Source: Opitutia bacterium
GTDB lineage: Bacteria > Verrucomicrobiota > Verrucomicrobiia > Opitutales > Opitutaceae
Direction: 5' to 3'
DNA length: 64,000 nucleotides
Assembly (NCBI GenBank): GCA_947478395.1
Contig: CANJVR010000001.1
Coordinates: 192,001-256,000 of the forward strand
Under the pieces are notes generated by a model, which worked only from the letters and a program-made list of their open reading frames with translations, had not been told where the DNA came from and searched no databases. Of the stretch, positions 32,608 through 40,367 are shown piece after piece. Position numbers and translations under genes: made by a program. Numbering within the stretch: position 1 is the stretch's first letter; every line of letters begins with the position of its first letter.

Positions 32608-32621
32608 GCGACTGGTTCGGC
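32608..32621 (-). repeat. attC17 remnant (R'' end only)
   Basis: gcgactggttcggc matches the end of the repeat, truncated next to the sulfatase stop. Confidence 0.55.
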
Positions 32622-32628
32622 TCTGGTT

Positions 32629-32927
32629 TCACGGATTCGCATTCAGTTGCACCTCGATCCTGCGTTCGACCCGATCACGAAGAACCGTAACGACCGTCCG
32701 CTTCCCAGCGTACCGAGGGAGAAGGTCCAGCAGCTGCTGCGGCGATAAAATCGGGATATCGTCCAGCGCGATCACGACATCGCCGGCGAGAACATTGGCC
32801 CGGAAAGCCGGCGAATCGTCTATCACCCGCTTAACCAAAGCGCCTGTGTTCCGCTGCAGGCTTTTTCGCATCTCTTCGCGCAGCCCGAAAGAAGCGCGGT
32901 CGCAAATAGGAAGACGGTTTTCTTCAT
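32629..32927 (-). pseudogene. Cassette 17: PDZ-domain lipoprotein, internally deleted/frameshifted
   Basis: MKKTVFLFATALLSGCA (lipobox) is out of frame with the PDZ-like part (GALVKRVIDDSPAFRANVLAGDVVIALD). Confidence 0.7.
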
Positions 32928-32934
32928 AATTTTC

Positions 32935-32995
32935 GGCTAACGTTCAAGATGCGCCACGGCCACGCGCGGCCGTGGGCTTTAGCGTTTGGTTAGGC
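32935..32995 (-). repeat. attC16
   Basis: GCCTAAC...GTTAGCC, 61 bp, most diverged full copy. Confidence 0.8.
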
Positions 32996-33272
32996 TGTTT
33001 TCATTTTCAACGGCCCGCCGCAATACTGGGCCCATCAGAATCCAAGCCGATCCGCCGCTGAGGCAAAATAGCGCCACCCCATTCGCCAGGAGATTCAGCC
33101 AAAATGAACTTTGCCGTGGGAAGATAATCGCTGCGATGCGATCCGACAAAAACCACGAGCAAATCATCGTCCCGAGAACCGTCGAAAGAAAGGAGGACTT
33201 ACGCCGAACCTCAGTCGCGAGCCGCTTCCGTTCGACTTCGGGAATATCCCGATATTTTACCCGCGTGGTCAT
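32979..33272 (-). CDS. Cassette 16: small membrane protein
   Basis: ORF fills cassette, two hydrophobic segments. Confidence 0.65.
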   Translation of the reverse strand: MTTRVKYRDIPEVERKRLATEVRRKSSFLSTVLGTMICSWFLSDRIAAIIFPRQSSFWLNLLANGVALFCLSGGSAWILMGPVLRRAVENENSLTKR

Positions 33273-33281
33273 CGCATTTTT

Positions 33282-33342
33282 CCCGAGCGTTCAAGCTGAG
33301 CCCCGGCCGCTCGGGGCCGTTGGCTTTGGCGTCTGGTTAGCC
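33282..33342 (-). repeat. attC15 (core GTT changed to GCT)
   Basis: 61-bp copy of the repeat. Confidence 0.85.
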
Positions 33343-33345
33343 TTT

Positions 33346-33561
33346 TTAGAGCACAGCGATGAATTCATCGGCGGTAACACCAGCTTGGCGCAGTACACCA
33401 GAAAGCGTGCCTATCTTCACTTCACGATGCAAAGGGACTACGCAGCCAACCGAACCGCGGCGAAGCATAACATGGCTGCCCTTTTGACGTAATTGCTGAA
33501 AGCCGAGTCTTTCAAGGGCTCGTACGATTTCGGACCCAGAAAGATGCGGAAGCTTAGGCCC
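33346..33561 (-). pseudogene. hicA: Cassette 15: HicA toxin lacking a start codon
   Basis: Manual translation (G)PKLPHLSGSEIVRALERLGFQQLRQKGSHVML...VVPLHREVKIGTLSGVLRQAG; first codon is GGG. Confidence 0.8.
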
Positions 33562-33760
33562 CGATCGCTACCTCGAACGTGGTCAAAAGCGCGCTTCCCG
33601 CGACAGGAACCGAAAACTCGGACAGATAAAGCTCCGTCGCCTCACGCAGATTTTCGAGCGCCTGACGCAGATCTTCGCCTTGAGTCGTGGTGCCGGTTTC
33701 TGGATTGAGAGCGACGAATCCGCCTTCCTCGGCGGGCGTGAGAACTGCGGTGAGAGTCAT
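33554..33760 (-). CDS. hicB: Cassette 15: short HicB-family antitoxin
   Basis: AEEGGFVALNPETGTTTQGEDLRQALENLREATELYL. Confidence 0.85.
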   Translation of the reverse strand: MTLTAVLTPAEEGGFVALNPETGTTTQGEDLRQALENLREATELYLSEFSVPVAGSALLTTFEVAIGA

Positions 33761-33806
33761 AAGCTCAACTTGGCGGAGAAAGATGTGCCGTCAATCGGTC
33801 CTTTCC

Positions 33807-33867
33807 GACTGACGTTCAAGCTGAGCCCCGGCCGCTCGGGGCCGTTGGATCTGGCGGCTGGTTAGGC
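33807..33867 (-). repeat. attC14 (core GTT changed to GTC)
   Basis: 61-bp copy. Confidence 0.85.
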
Positions 33868-34124
33868 TTTTTTCTCATCGTGGAATCGCCCCAACGCCAC
33901 CGAGGCGACTCGCCTTTCCAATAGCAGAACACGATCAAGACCGCAGCCAGCGCCGCACTGTAGGTTGCAAAAAACAACGGGTGTTTCTCAGCCGCGGGTG
34001 CGCCCGCCGCGAGCGCGACAAAAAACGCGCCCATCACGAGCCAACCCTGCCAACGCGCGGGCAGGCCCCAGCCGTAACCATAGGTCTTTGCAGGAAACCA
34101 AGCTTCGTCTTTTGGGAGGGACAT
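33816..34124 (-). CDS. Cassette 14: small membrane protein, reads through attC
   Basis: WFPAKTYGYGWGLPARWQGW, two hydrophobic segments. Confidence 0.75.
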   Translation of the reverse strand: MSLPKDEAWFPAKTYGYGWGLPARWQGWLVMGAFFVALAAGAPAAEKHPLFFATYSAALAAVLIVFCYWKGESPRWRWGDSTMRKKPNQPPDPTAPSGRGSA

Positions 34125-34138
34125 AAAATATTTCTGGA

Positions 34139-34200
34139 GCCGAACGTTTCAAGCTGAGCCCCGGCCGGCTGCGGCCGTTGGCTCTGGCGGCTGGTTAGCC
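34139..34200 (-). repeat. attC13
   Basis: 62-bp copy (1-nt insertion). Confidence 0.85.
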
Positions 34201-34494
34201 TTTTTCTTCGAGCGCATCCCGAATCCATTTGGGATCGCGCCTGCAATCCAGCACGCGGAACACGACGGCTTCTCCGGAGGTAGTTCGGTAATAAACGGCG
34301 AAGGGAAAACGCTGGGCCAACAAACGATGAAACCCAAATCGCACACCGTGAATTCCAGTATGGAGCGTCAGTGAGTCGATCTCGGCGAAGAGACTGTCGA
34401 AGAAATAATCTCCCACCCCGGGTTCTTGATGATCGTAGAAAATTCTAGCAGACGCCAGATCCTCCAATGCCGAGCGCAGAAGCCTAACCTTCAT
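34195..34494 (-). CDS. Cassette 13: RelE/ParE family toxin
   Basis: ALEDLASARIFY, RFPFAVYYR, VFRVLDCRRDP. Confidence 0.85.
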   Translation of the reverse strand: MKVRLLRSALEDLASARIFYDHQEPGVGDYFFDSLFAEIDSLTLHTGIHGVRFGFHRLLAQRFPFAVYYRTTSGEAVVFRVLDCRRDPKWIRDALEEKG

Positions 34495-34706
34495 TCAAAA
34501 CGGCGCCGCAGCTCTTTCTTCGCGTCAGCCCATTCGAGCACCTCAATCCGACCAGCTGCGAAATCCGTCTCGGTTTTTTTAAGCGCTTCTTGATGCCGCG
34601 CGGGACTCTCAAAACTGCTCTCGTCGCCCGCAATATCGCTCCAGAGCGCTTCTATGATGCGGAGCTTTTCGTCAGGTGGAAGCTTGCGAAGTTCGGCGAG
34701 ACTCAC
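34491..34706 (-). CDS. Cassette 13: addiction-module antitoxin
   Basis: LPPDEKLRIIEALWSDI...WADAKKEL; ATGA overlap with toxin. Confidence 0.85.
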   Translation of the reverse strand: MSLAELRKLPPDEKLRIIEALWSDIAGDESSFESPARHQEALKKTETDFAAGRIEVLEWADAKKELRRRFE

Positions 34707-34752
34707 GACCCAAAACTAGTGGGCTAAACCGTGCCCGCAAGGGTTCTTTCTT

Positions 34753-34813
34753 GGCTAACGTTCAAGCTGATCCCCGGCCGCTCGGGGCCGTTGGCTCTGG
34801 CGGCTGGTTCGGC
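34753..34813 (-). repeat. attC12
   Basis: 61-bp copy. Confidence 0.85.
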
Positions 34814-35211
34814 TCCCTTTTCTTTTCGAAGCAGGCCCAGAGCAACAGTCCGTAAGCGAGCGCCCATAGGTAGTACCCGATTTGGATCCCCCACTCCCTC
34901 TGGGAACTGGACGCGAATGAGTAGGCGTTCATTGCGAACCAGGAAAGCACATGAACTAACATCAAGGTAGCGAGAATCCGATTGAAGACGCCACCACCAG
35001 CACGGGTAAAGGATAGCGCGGCAAGAACCACGAAGGCCAAATTCGTCAGGGCGAAAGCAGAGTAATACGGACTTTTAATAGGCTCTTTGCACAACAAGCC
35101 CCAGCACATCTCTTCGCACCGGAAGCCCGTGTAATCATGATACGCAGGCAGAAAGTGCGATGCGCCGAACACCAAAAGAGCAATGACCGCGATGATCGGA
35201 CTTATTTTCAT
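34762..35211 (-). CDS. Cassette 12: membrane protein, reads through attC
   Basis: About four hydrophobic segments; ATG directly after core site. Confidence 0.7.
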   Translation of the reverse strand: MKISPIIAVIALLVFGASHFLPAYHDYTGFRCEEMCWGLLCKEPIKSPYYSAFALTNLAFVVLAALSFTRAGGGVFNRILATLMLVHVLSWFAMNAYSFASSSQREWGIQIGYYLWALAYGLLLWACFEKKREPNQPPEPTAPSGRGSA

Positions 35212-35272
35212 ACCTAATGTTCAAGCTGAGCCCCGGCCGGCTGCGGCCGTTGGCTCTGGCGACTGGTTAGCC
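35212..35272 (-). repeat. attC11 (core GTT changed to ATT)
   Basis: 61-bp copy. Confidence 0.85.
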
Positions 35273-35437
35273 CGTTTTTCGATCCAGTAGCAATGTACGA
35301 ATCTTGTTTGGATTATGGGTGGCGCGGAGCGTTCGCCGCACGATCCGTGACAGACTTGAGCGTTGGCTGTAGCGGCTCGTTGGCCCGTTTGGGGGCTTGA
35401 GTCAAAGTGCGCGTGGGAATTTGTTGGTGGAAACGCG

Positions 35438-35764
35438 ATGACGAAACCCACCTGCCCGGAATGTACGATGGAAGAAGTGATCAGCCATGCCGAGCGCTGG
35501 GAATGTGCGACGTGCGGTCATGAATGGCCGAAGCAGGCAGTGCCTGAGGTGGCGCGCGTGGTGAAAGATGCGCACGGCAATGTGCTGACCGACGGCGATA
35601 GTGTGGTCCTGATAAAAGACCTGAAGCTGCGGAGTTCGTCAGGCGTGCTGAAGCAGGGAGCAAAGGCGAAGAACATCCGCTTGGTGGAGGGCGATCACGA
35701 AATCGACTGCAAGATCGACGGCACCGCGATCGCACTCAAAGCGTGTTTTGTGAAGAAGGCTTGA
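35438..35764 (+). CDS. Cassette 11: PhnA/YjdM zinc-ribbon protein, inverted relative to array
   Basis: CPEC...CATCGHEW, VKDAHGNVLTDGDSVVLIKDLK, NIRLVEGDHEIDCKIDG. Confidence 0.88.
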   Translation: MTKPTCPECTMEEVISHAERWECATCGHEWPKQAVPEVARVVKDAHGNVLTDGDSVVLIKDLKLRSSSGVLKQGAKAKNIRLVEGDHEIDCKIDGTAIALKACFVKKA

Positions 35765-35779
35765 GTGATCGAATTTCAG

Positions 35780-35820
35780 GCCGAACGTTTCAAGCTGAGC
35801 CGCTGAGCGCCTGGTTAGGC
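35780..35820 (-). repeat. attC10, internally deleted (41 bp)
   Basis: Both ends present, central stem-loop missing. Confidence 0.75.
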
Positions 35821-36276
35821 TGTCTGGTTTTCATCTAAAACTAAACGAAATGGCGTCATGGTAGATTTCGTAAATCCCGATCGCTCATAGAATTTTATGG
35901 CGGAATAATTCACGCTATCGGTCAACAATGTAACCCTCCCACAACCGCCATCGCGCGCCTGCAAAATTGCTGCCGCCAAAATAAGATTACCGAAGCCTTT
36001 GCCTCTGTGTTCCGGCGAAACAACCATATCTTCAAGTATCGCCACTTTCTGACCCATAAAAGTGCTTACAGTGTAAAGTATACTCACCATTCCAACAATT
36101 TCACCTTCGACACAACCAACTATAATATGCCCGTAAACTGGGTTTTCTAAAATCAACCTAAGGCCAGCTGCTTGACGCATCGCATCGGCCCTGAACTCGG
36201 CTTCTTGCTCAAAAAGCAGTTTAAGCAGTGCGCAAAGATTGGGCACATCGTCGAGGGTGGCGAAGCGGGTCTTCAT
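35815..36276 (-). CDS. Cassette 10: GNAT acetyltransferase
   Basis: LEDMVVSPEHRGKGFG, N..AIKFYERSGF; visibly AT-rich. Confidence 0.88.
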   Translation of the reverse strand: MKTRFATLDDVPNLCALLKLLFEQEAEFRADAMRQAAGLRLILENPVYGHIIVGCVEGEIVGMVSILYTVSTFMGQKVAILEDMVVSPEHRGKGFGNLILAAAILQARDGGCGRVTLLTDSVNYSAIKFYERSGFTKSTMTPFRLVLDENQTA

Positions 36277-36281
36277 TTTTT

Positions 36282-36341
36282 GCCTAAAGTTCAAGCTGAG
36301 CCCCGGCCGCACGGGGCCGTGGCTCTGGCGTCTGGTTCGGC
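36282..36341 (-). repeat. attC9 (core GTT changed to TTT)
   Basis: 60-bp copy. Confidence 0.85.
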
Positions 36342-36348
36342 TCTTTTT

Positions 36349-36711
36349 TCATTCGGGCCGTGGCGGCAGAGATGCGAGCAGCTTGGTCTCCTCCTCGGGA
36401 AAAGTGAGTGCGTATTTTTCTTTGTATTCGCGGATCTGCCATAACACCTGGACATCACCAGGGCGCTTGTATCCGAGCGCATCAAACCACTTCACCGACG
36501 TAGGCAGTGTGCTTTCGAGCATCGTCAAAACCTGCTCCGGATTATTTTTTCGCAGGAGCTTCGCGTGCACGAGGTGCTCTCCGACGACCGATACACTGAG
36601 ATTCTGAAGGACCGCAGTCGGTCCTTTGGCGATGACTATCCAACTGACACCCGCCCCAGCGACGGCGCCGACAAGACTTGATACTAGCGCGACTACAATT
36701 GTGGAACGCAT
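36349..36711 (-). CDS. Cassette 9: hypothetical protein with N-terminal signal/anchor
   Basis: ORF fills cassette. Confidence 0.65.
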   Translation of the reverse strand: MRSTIVVALVSSLVGAVAGAGVSWIVIAKGPTAVLQNLSVSVVGEHLVHAKLLRKNNPEQVLTMLESTLPTSVKWFDALGYKRPGDVQVLWQIREYKEKYALTFPEEETKLLASLPPRPE

Positions 36712-36723
36712 AAAATAAATTTC

Positions 36724-36783
36724 CGCCAACATTCAAGCTGAGCCAAGGCCGCTCGGGGCCGTGGCGCTGGCGTCTGGTTGGGC
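36724..36783 (-). repeat. attC8
   Basis: 60-bp copy. Confidence 0.85.
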
Positions 36784-36793
36784 TTCTGGTTCA

Positions 36794-36982
36794 TCAGGTG
36801 AATCGGAAAACTAGTCCGGGGAAAAGAAGTCCGCAGACAGCGAGCATCGCGCCACAGAGCATCACGAGATACGCCAGCATATACTTCCATTTTGCTTCGT
36901 CTTTCCTCTTCCGCATTCGCGCAAAGAAGATCGCACCAACGATGAAGAGGAGGCTGCCAATCGCGATATCTTGTGGGTTCAT
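36794..36982 (-). CDS. Cassette 8: 62-aa two-helix membrane protein
   Basis: ORF fills cassette. Confidence 0.6.
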   Translation of the reverse strand: MNPQDIAIGSLLFIVGAIFFARMRKRKDEAKWKYMLAYLVMLCGAMLAVCGLLFPGLVFRFT

Positions 36983-36995
36983 GGGGGTCTTTTTT

Positions 36996-37056
36996 GCCCA
37001 ACGTTCAAGCTGAGCCACGGCCGCTCGGGGCCGTTGGCTCTGGCGTCTGGTTCGGC
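36996..37056 (-). repeat. attC7
   Basis: 61-bp copy. Confidence 0.9.
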
Positions 37057-37304
37057 TCTTTATTCTTTCTAAAACCAGAGATCAGGAGAAATCGCAGAAT
37101 GCCAATCCCGCCGATGGAAAGCACGAGGCCAACAACTACGAGGCTCTTGCGGAACCAGCCATCATGACCATCCCCAAGCCAAAGAAGCGCCACGCCAACT
37201 AAGTGGACTGCCGATCCGACACCAAACATCCTCCAGGTTCTTCGCTTTTGAACACGCCGTTGCTCCGCCTCTTCCTCACTCTTCAAAGCGCCAGTTGTGG
37301 TCAT
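37005..37304 (-). CDS. Cassette 7: small membrane protein, reads through attC
   Basis: Two hydrophobic segments. Confidence 0.65.
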   Translation of the reverse strand: MTTTGALKSEEEAEQRRVQKRRTWRMFGVGSAVHLVGVALLWLGDGHDGWFRKSLVVVGLVLSIGGIGILRFLLISGFRKNKEPNQTPEPTAPSGRGSA

Positions 37305-37316
37305 AGGGTTTTCTTT

Positions 37317-37377
37317 GCCGAACGTTCAAGATGAGCCACGGCCGGCTGCGGCCGTTGGCTCTGGCGTCTGGTTAGGC
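37317..37377 (-). repeat. attC6
   Basis: 61-bp copy. Confidence 0.9.
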
Positions 37378-37970
37378 TCTTTTTTCGGTCGAAGGATGAT
37401 CCACTCCACCAAAAGAAGGTTTGGCACCCAACAGAGCCAACCCAGCGCTGGATAAAAAGAATCGAAGGGGAGACCTAACGCGAAGAAAACGCCGAGGTAG
37501 ATCCGGAGCGTAACGGCCGCGAAGGTAAGGGCAAAGCAGCGGATCGCCCACATCCGGTGATCCTCATAATCCCGCTCCCAAACCGCGAGCAACGCCCTGT
37601 AGCCGGTGTAGAGCCACAGCAGCGCGAGAACCGCAAAGCCGAGCTTCGACACCAGGCCTCCGTAGGCAACGAACGCCATCGCCAATCCTGTGACTCCTCC
37701 GAAAAGAACGGCCGAAAAGTAGGCGTAGCCGATCTTCCGATGGATCGCACGACGCTCTCGCACCGCCGGCAAAAACTGGAACGGTCCGGTCACCAATGCG
37801 ACGACCGAACAGAACACGTGGGCCAGGATTCTCACTCGATGCGCCGCATAGACCGACTTCATCGCGGGCGCTACCGTTGCGCCAGGCGTGAGCACACCGT
37901 AGGAGTAAATGGCATAGCCCGCCACGCCGAGACACAGGAGAAGCACAACAGAGAACGTAAGCTTCTTCAT
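37326..37970 (-). CDS. Cassette 6: DUF2306-like membrane protein, reads through attC
   Basis: HV..ALVTGPFQF, HRKIGYAY, HRMWAIRCFALTFAAVTLR, WLCWVPNL. Confidence 0.8.
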   Translation of the reverse strand: MKKLTFSVVLLLCLGVAGYAIYSYGVLTPGATVAPAMKSVYAAHRVRILAHVFCSVVALVTGPFQFLPAVRERRAIHRKIGYAYFSAVLFGGVTGLAMAFVAYGGLVSKLGFAVLALLWLYTGYRALLAVWERDYEDHRMWAIRCFALTFAAVTLRIYLGVFFALGLPFDSFYPALGWLCWVPNLLLVEWIILRPKKEPNQTPEPTAAAGRGSS

Positions 37971-37973
37971 TTT

Positions 37974-38034
37974 GCCTAACGTTCAAGATGAGCCACGGCC
38001 GCTCGGGGCCGTTGGCTCTGGCGTCTGGTTGGGC
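37974..38034 (-). repeat. attC5
   Basis: 61-bp copy. Confidence 0.9.
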
Positions 38035-38037
38035 CTC

Positions 38038-38331
38038 TTATTTTCGCATGATTCCAAAGCGAGGATGGCGCTTGTGGTGGCGAAGGACAAGGACGCGAAC
38101 TCCCGAGGAAACTTCTCGAAAGAGGAGATGATAAGGAAATGTCGCCATATTGGCTCGGCGTAATCCGTGTGGCGCTGGATGAAATCGTCGCGGCTCGCGC
38201 GCCACTTCTCCAACCAAAGTATCCAGCTCCGAGAAAAATCGGTCAGCCAACGGAGCTCCGCCTTCTTCCTCGTAGTACCTGAGAACCGCTCGCACATCCT
38301 TCTGAACGAGCCGATGAAAGATAAGCCCCAT
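38038..38331 (-). CDS. Cassette 5: RelE/ParE family toxin
   Basis: GLRRANMATFPYHLLFR, VLVLRHHKRHP. Confidence 0.85.
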   Translation of the reverse strand: MGLIFHRLVQKDVRAVLRYYEEEGGAPLADRFFSELDTLVGEVAREPRRFHPAPHGLRRANMATFPYHLLFREVSSGVRVLVLRHHKRHPRFGIMRK

Positions 38332-38334
38332 CGC

Positions 38335-38547
38335 TTACCGACCCAACTCTTGCTTCAAAGTAGACCACTCCACGCCGGACGCAGGGTCTGATTCTAATTC
38401 TGCATCCCTGCGAAGCGCCTCGGCGATCCCTTCGTCTTCGTCGGATAGGACGCCCGGAAGAGTCTGCAATAGATCCGACGCGAGCACAGCCCGCTCAGCG
38501 TCAGGCAGACTCATGACTTCTTTCGTGAGTTCTTGTAACCGCGTCAT
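38335..38547 (-). CDS. Cassette 5: addiction-module antitoxin
   Basis: LPDAERAVLASDLLQTL...EALRRDAEL. Confidence 0.85.
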   Translation of the reverse strand: MTRLQELTKEVMSLPDAERAVLASDLLQTLPGVLSDEDEGIAEALRRDAELESDPASGVEWSTLKQELGR

Positions 38548-38591
38548 GCCTCGACTGTGAGCTCAGATGTTCCGGACGCCACTCTTTCTTT

Positions 38592-38652
38592 GCCCAACGT
38601 TCAAGATAAGCCACGGCCGGCTGCGGCCGTTGGCTCTGGCGTCTGGTTCGGC
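38592..38652 (-). repeat. attC4
   Basis: 61-bp copy. Confidence 0.9.
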
Positions 38653-38655
38653 TCT

Positions 38656-39030
38656 TCAGGTTTTGCAGTCATTCGGAAAATGGTCAGCGAAATCTCCGAT
38701 CACTCTCAACTCATCGGGCTCGCACAGGCGTGGAAGCTTATTCGATGGGTGCCTCTCCTTCCACAAACGGAGGATATCGTAGTAATATGGGTCCGCGCAT
38801 CCGACACCGACTACGAACGCGCCTTCATCCTCAGCCGCGTGAACCACAGGCACGATAAGCCAAACCGTGAAGCCAATGTGCCGATTGCGGAAACCGAGCC
38901 ACCGAATCTTCTCAAGGGGGCGACTAAAATCTAAGAAATAAGGTCCTTCAGCGGTGAAACACCCCGTCTTACTTACCGCATAGTCGTCCGGACGACTATG
39001 AACCCTAAACAGCTGAATTCGCATGGGCAT
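38656..39030 (-). CDS. Cassette 4: hypothetical protein
   Basis: ORF fills cassette. Confidence 0.65.
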   Translation of the reverse strand: MPMRIQLFRVHSRPDDYAVSKTGCFTAEGPYFLDFSRPLEKIRWLGFRNRHIGFTVWLIVPVVHAAEDEGAFVVGVGCADPYYYDILRLWKERHPSNKLPRLCEPDELRVIGDFADHFPNDCKT

Positions 39031-39042
39031 GGCGCCAGTTTT

Positions 39043-39103
39043 GCCGAACGTTCAAGATGAGCCACGGCCGCTCGGGGCCGTTGGCTCTGGCGTCTGGTTA
39101 GGC
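39043..39103 (-). repeat. attC3
   Basis: 61-bp copy. Confidence 0.9.
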
Positions 39104-39678
39104 TCTTTTTCTGCTTTTCGAATAATCATGATGCGCTGCAGAGCGATCGCCTGATCAAAATGATCGCTATTCTCGACCAACGATTGAAGAGCGTAGGCGC
39201 TCTCCGAACAGTCGGCGATCGCGAATAAAATAAAACCCCACGAAACGCTTAGACTAAAGAAAACGTAATAGCTATGGAGGCCTGCGAAAATCCATGAGGC
39301 TACAAAAGCGATCAGAAGATATGATCCAACTGAGTTCTGCTTTCTTGGATCAAACTGAAGACGGGCTGCGATACGGATCCCTATCGCTGATCCCGCAATA
39401 CCAAATAGAAGCCACCAATCGCGCCTGTGCAGTGCCCATAGAGAAATAAAAACTGTCGGAACGACGAGATAAAGTAGCACCAAAGCGCCGAAGATTTTTC
39501 GCCGAAACCCTCTAATCAAATGACTAGGCTCTCCAATAACACATCTAAAACCCATTGTTCGACGCTGCACGCCGGTCACAAATTCAGCGTGGGTAACGCC
39601 CCGATTCGCGTTCGCGATGCTTACTTCTTGAATCTTATTAAACTCCGATAAGAAAGCGGCGTGAGCTTGGTCGTTCAT
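39052..39678 (-). CDS. Cassette 3: membrane protein, reads through attC
   Basis: About four hydrophobic segments. Confidence 0.7.
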   Translation of the reverse strand: MNDQAHAAFLSEFNKIQEVSIANANRGVTHAEFVTGVQRRTMGFRCVIGEPSHLIRGFRRKIFGALVLLYLVVPTVFISLWALHRRDWWLLFGIAGSAIGIRIAARLQFDPRKQNSVGSYLLIAFVASWIFAGLHSYYVFFSLSVSWGFILFAIADCSESAYALQSLVENSDHFDQAIALQRIMIIRKAEKEPNQTPEPTAPSGRGSS

Positions 39679-39688
39679 GGTCGGTTTT

Positions 39689-39749
39689 GCCCAACGTTCA
39701 AAATGAGCCACGGCCGGCTGCGGCCGTTGGCTCTGGCGTCTGGTTGAGC
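39689..39749 (-). repeat. attC2
   Basis: 61-bp copy. Confidence 0.9.
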
Positions 39750-39756
39750 TCTTTTT

Positions 39757-40296
39757 TCATCCGAGATTGTAGGGACGCTCTTTCTTCGCCGCGAACTCCC
39801 TCAAAAACTCCCGATCCGCATCTGTACCCGAAACAGTCATGCCCACGCCCTGCTTGATCTGCTCTTGCTCGATGAGATAGACCCGGTCACGAACGCGCTC
39901 ACTCAGATCTGCTAACGAAAACACCACGTCCTTCGCGTCGTCGTATGTGACCGAGCAAAGCAGATAGCGGTGAATGGCCTTATTCCTCTGACCGTAAGCG
40001 ACGGACAAATCATCGAAGAGAGACTGATCGATGACGCCCTCAGCCAATGCGCACTTATAAATCTCACGCTCGGGAATCATCGGATCGCCGTCTTCTTGTT
40101 TGACGAGGCGTTCGTCGATCTCAGAAGAGCGCTTTTTCAACTGTGCCTGTAGGACGAGACCCGTGCGTAACAGGCCATCAATCAAATTCGCTTGGATGAC
40201 GATGCACTCCAGGGCGGCGCGCTTCTCGAAAGCGACATTCAAGAGATGGGCGGCAGCGGCAAAGCCCTGAAGGAATCGTGAGAACGAAGGAGGCAT
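39757..40296 (-). CDS. Cassette 2: helical protein with HEPN-like Rx4H motif
   Basis: QRNKAIHRY motif in a predicted helical context. Confidence 0.65.
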   Translation of the reverse strand: MPPSFSRFLQGFAAAAHLLNVAFEKRAALECIVIQANLIDGLLRTGLVLQAQLKKRSSEIDERLVKQEDGDPMIPEREIYKCALAEGVIDQSLFDDLSVAYGQRNKAIHRYLLCSVTYDDAKDVVFSLADLSERVRDRVYLIEQEQIKQGVGMTVSGTDADREFLREFAAKKERPYNLG

Positions 40297-40302
40297 TTCT
40301 TT

Positions 40303-40363
40303 GCCCAACGTTCAAGATGAGCCACGGCCGCTCGGGGCCGTTGGCTCTGGCGTCTGGTTCGGC
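40303..40363 (-). repeat. attC1
   Basis: GCCGAAC-CAGAC-GCCAGAGC...GCTCATC-TTGAAC-GTTGGGC, 61 bp. Confidence 0.9.
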
Positions 40364-40367
40364 TCTT

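Noticed and set aside
32935..40363. CRISPR array
   Set aside because: Repeats are about 61 bp, intervening units are 210-600 bp whole ORFs, and no cas genes are present.
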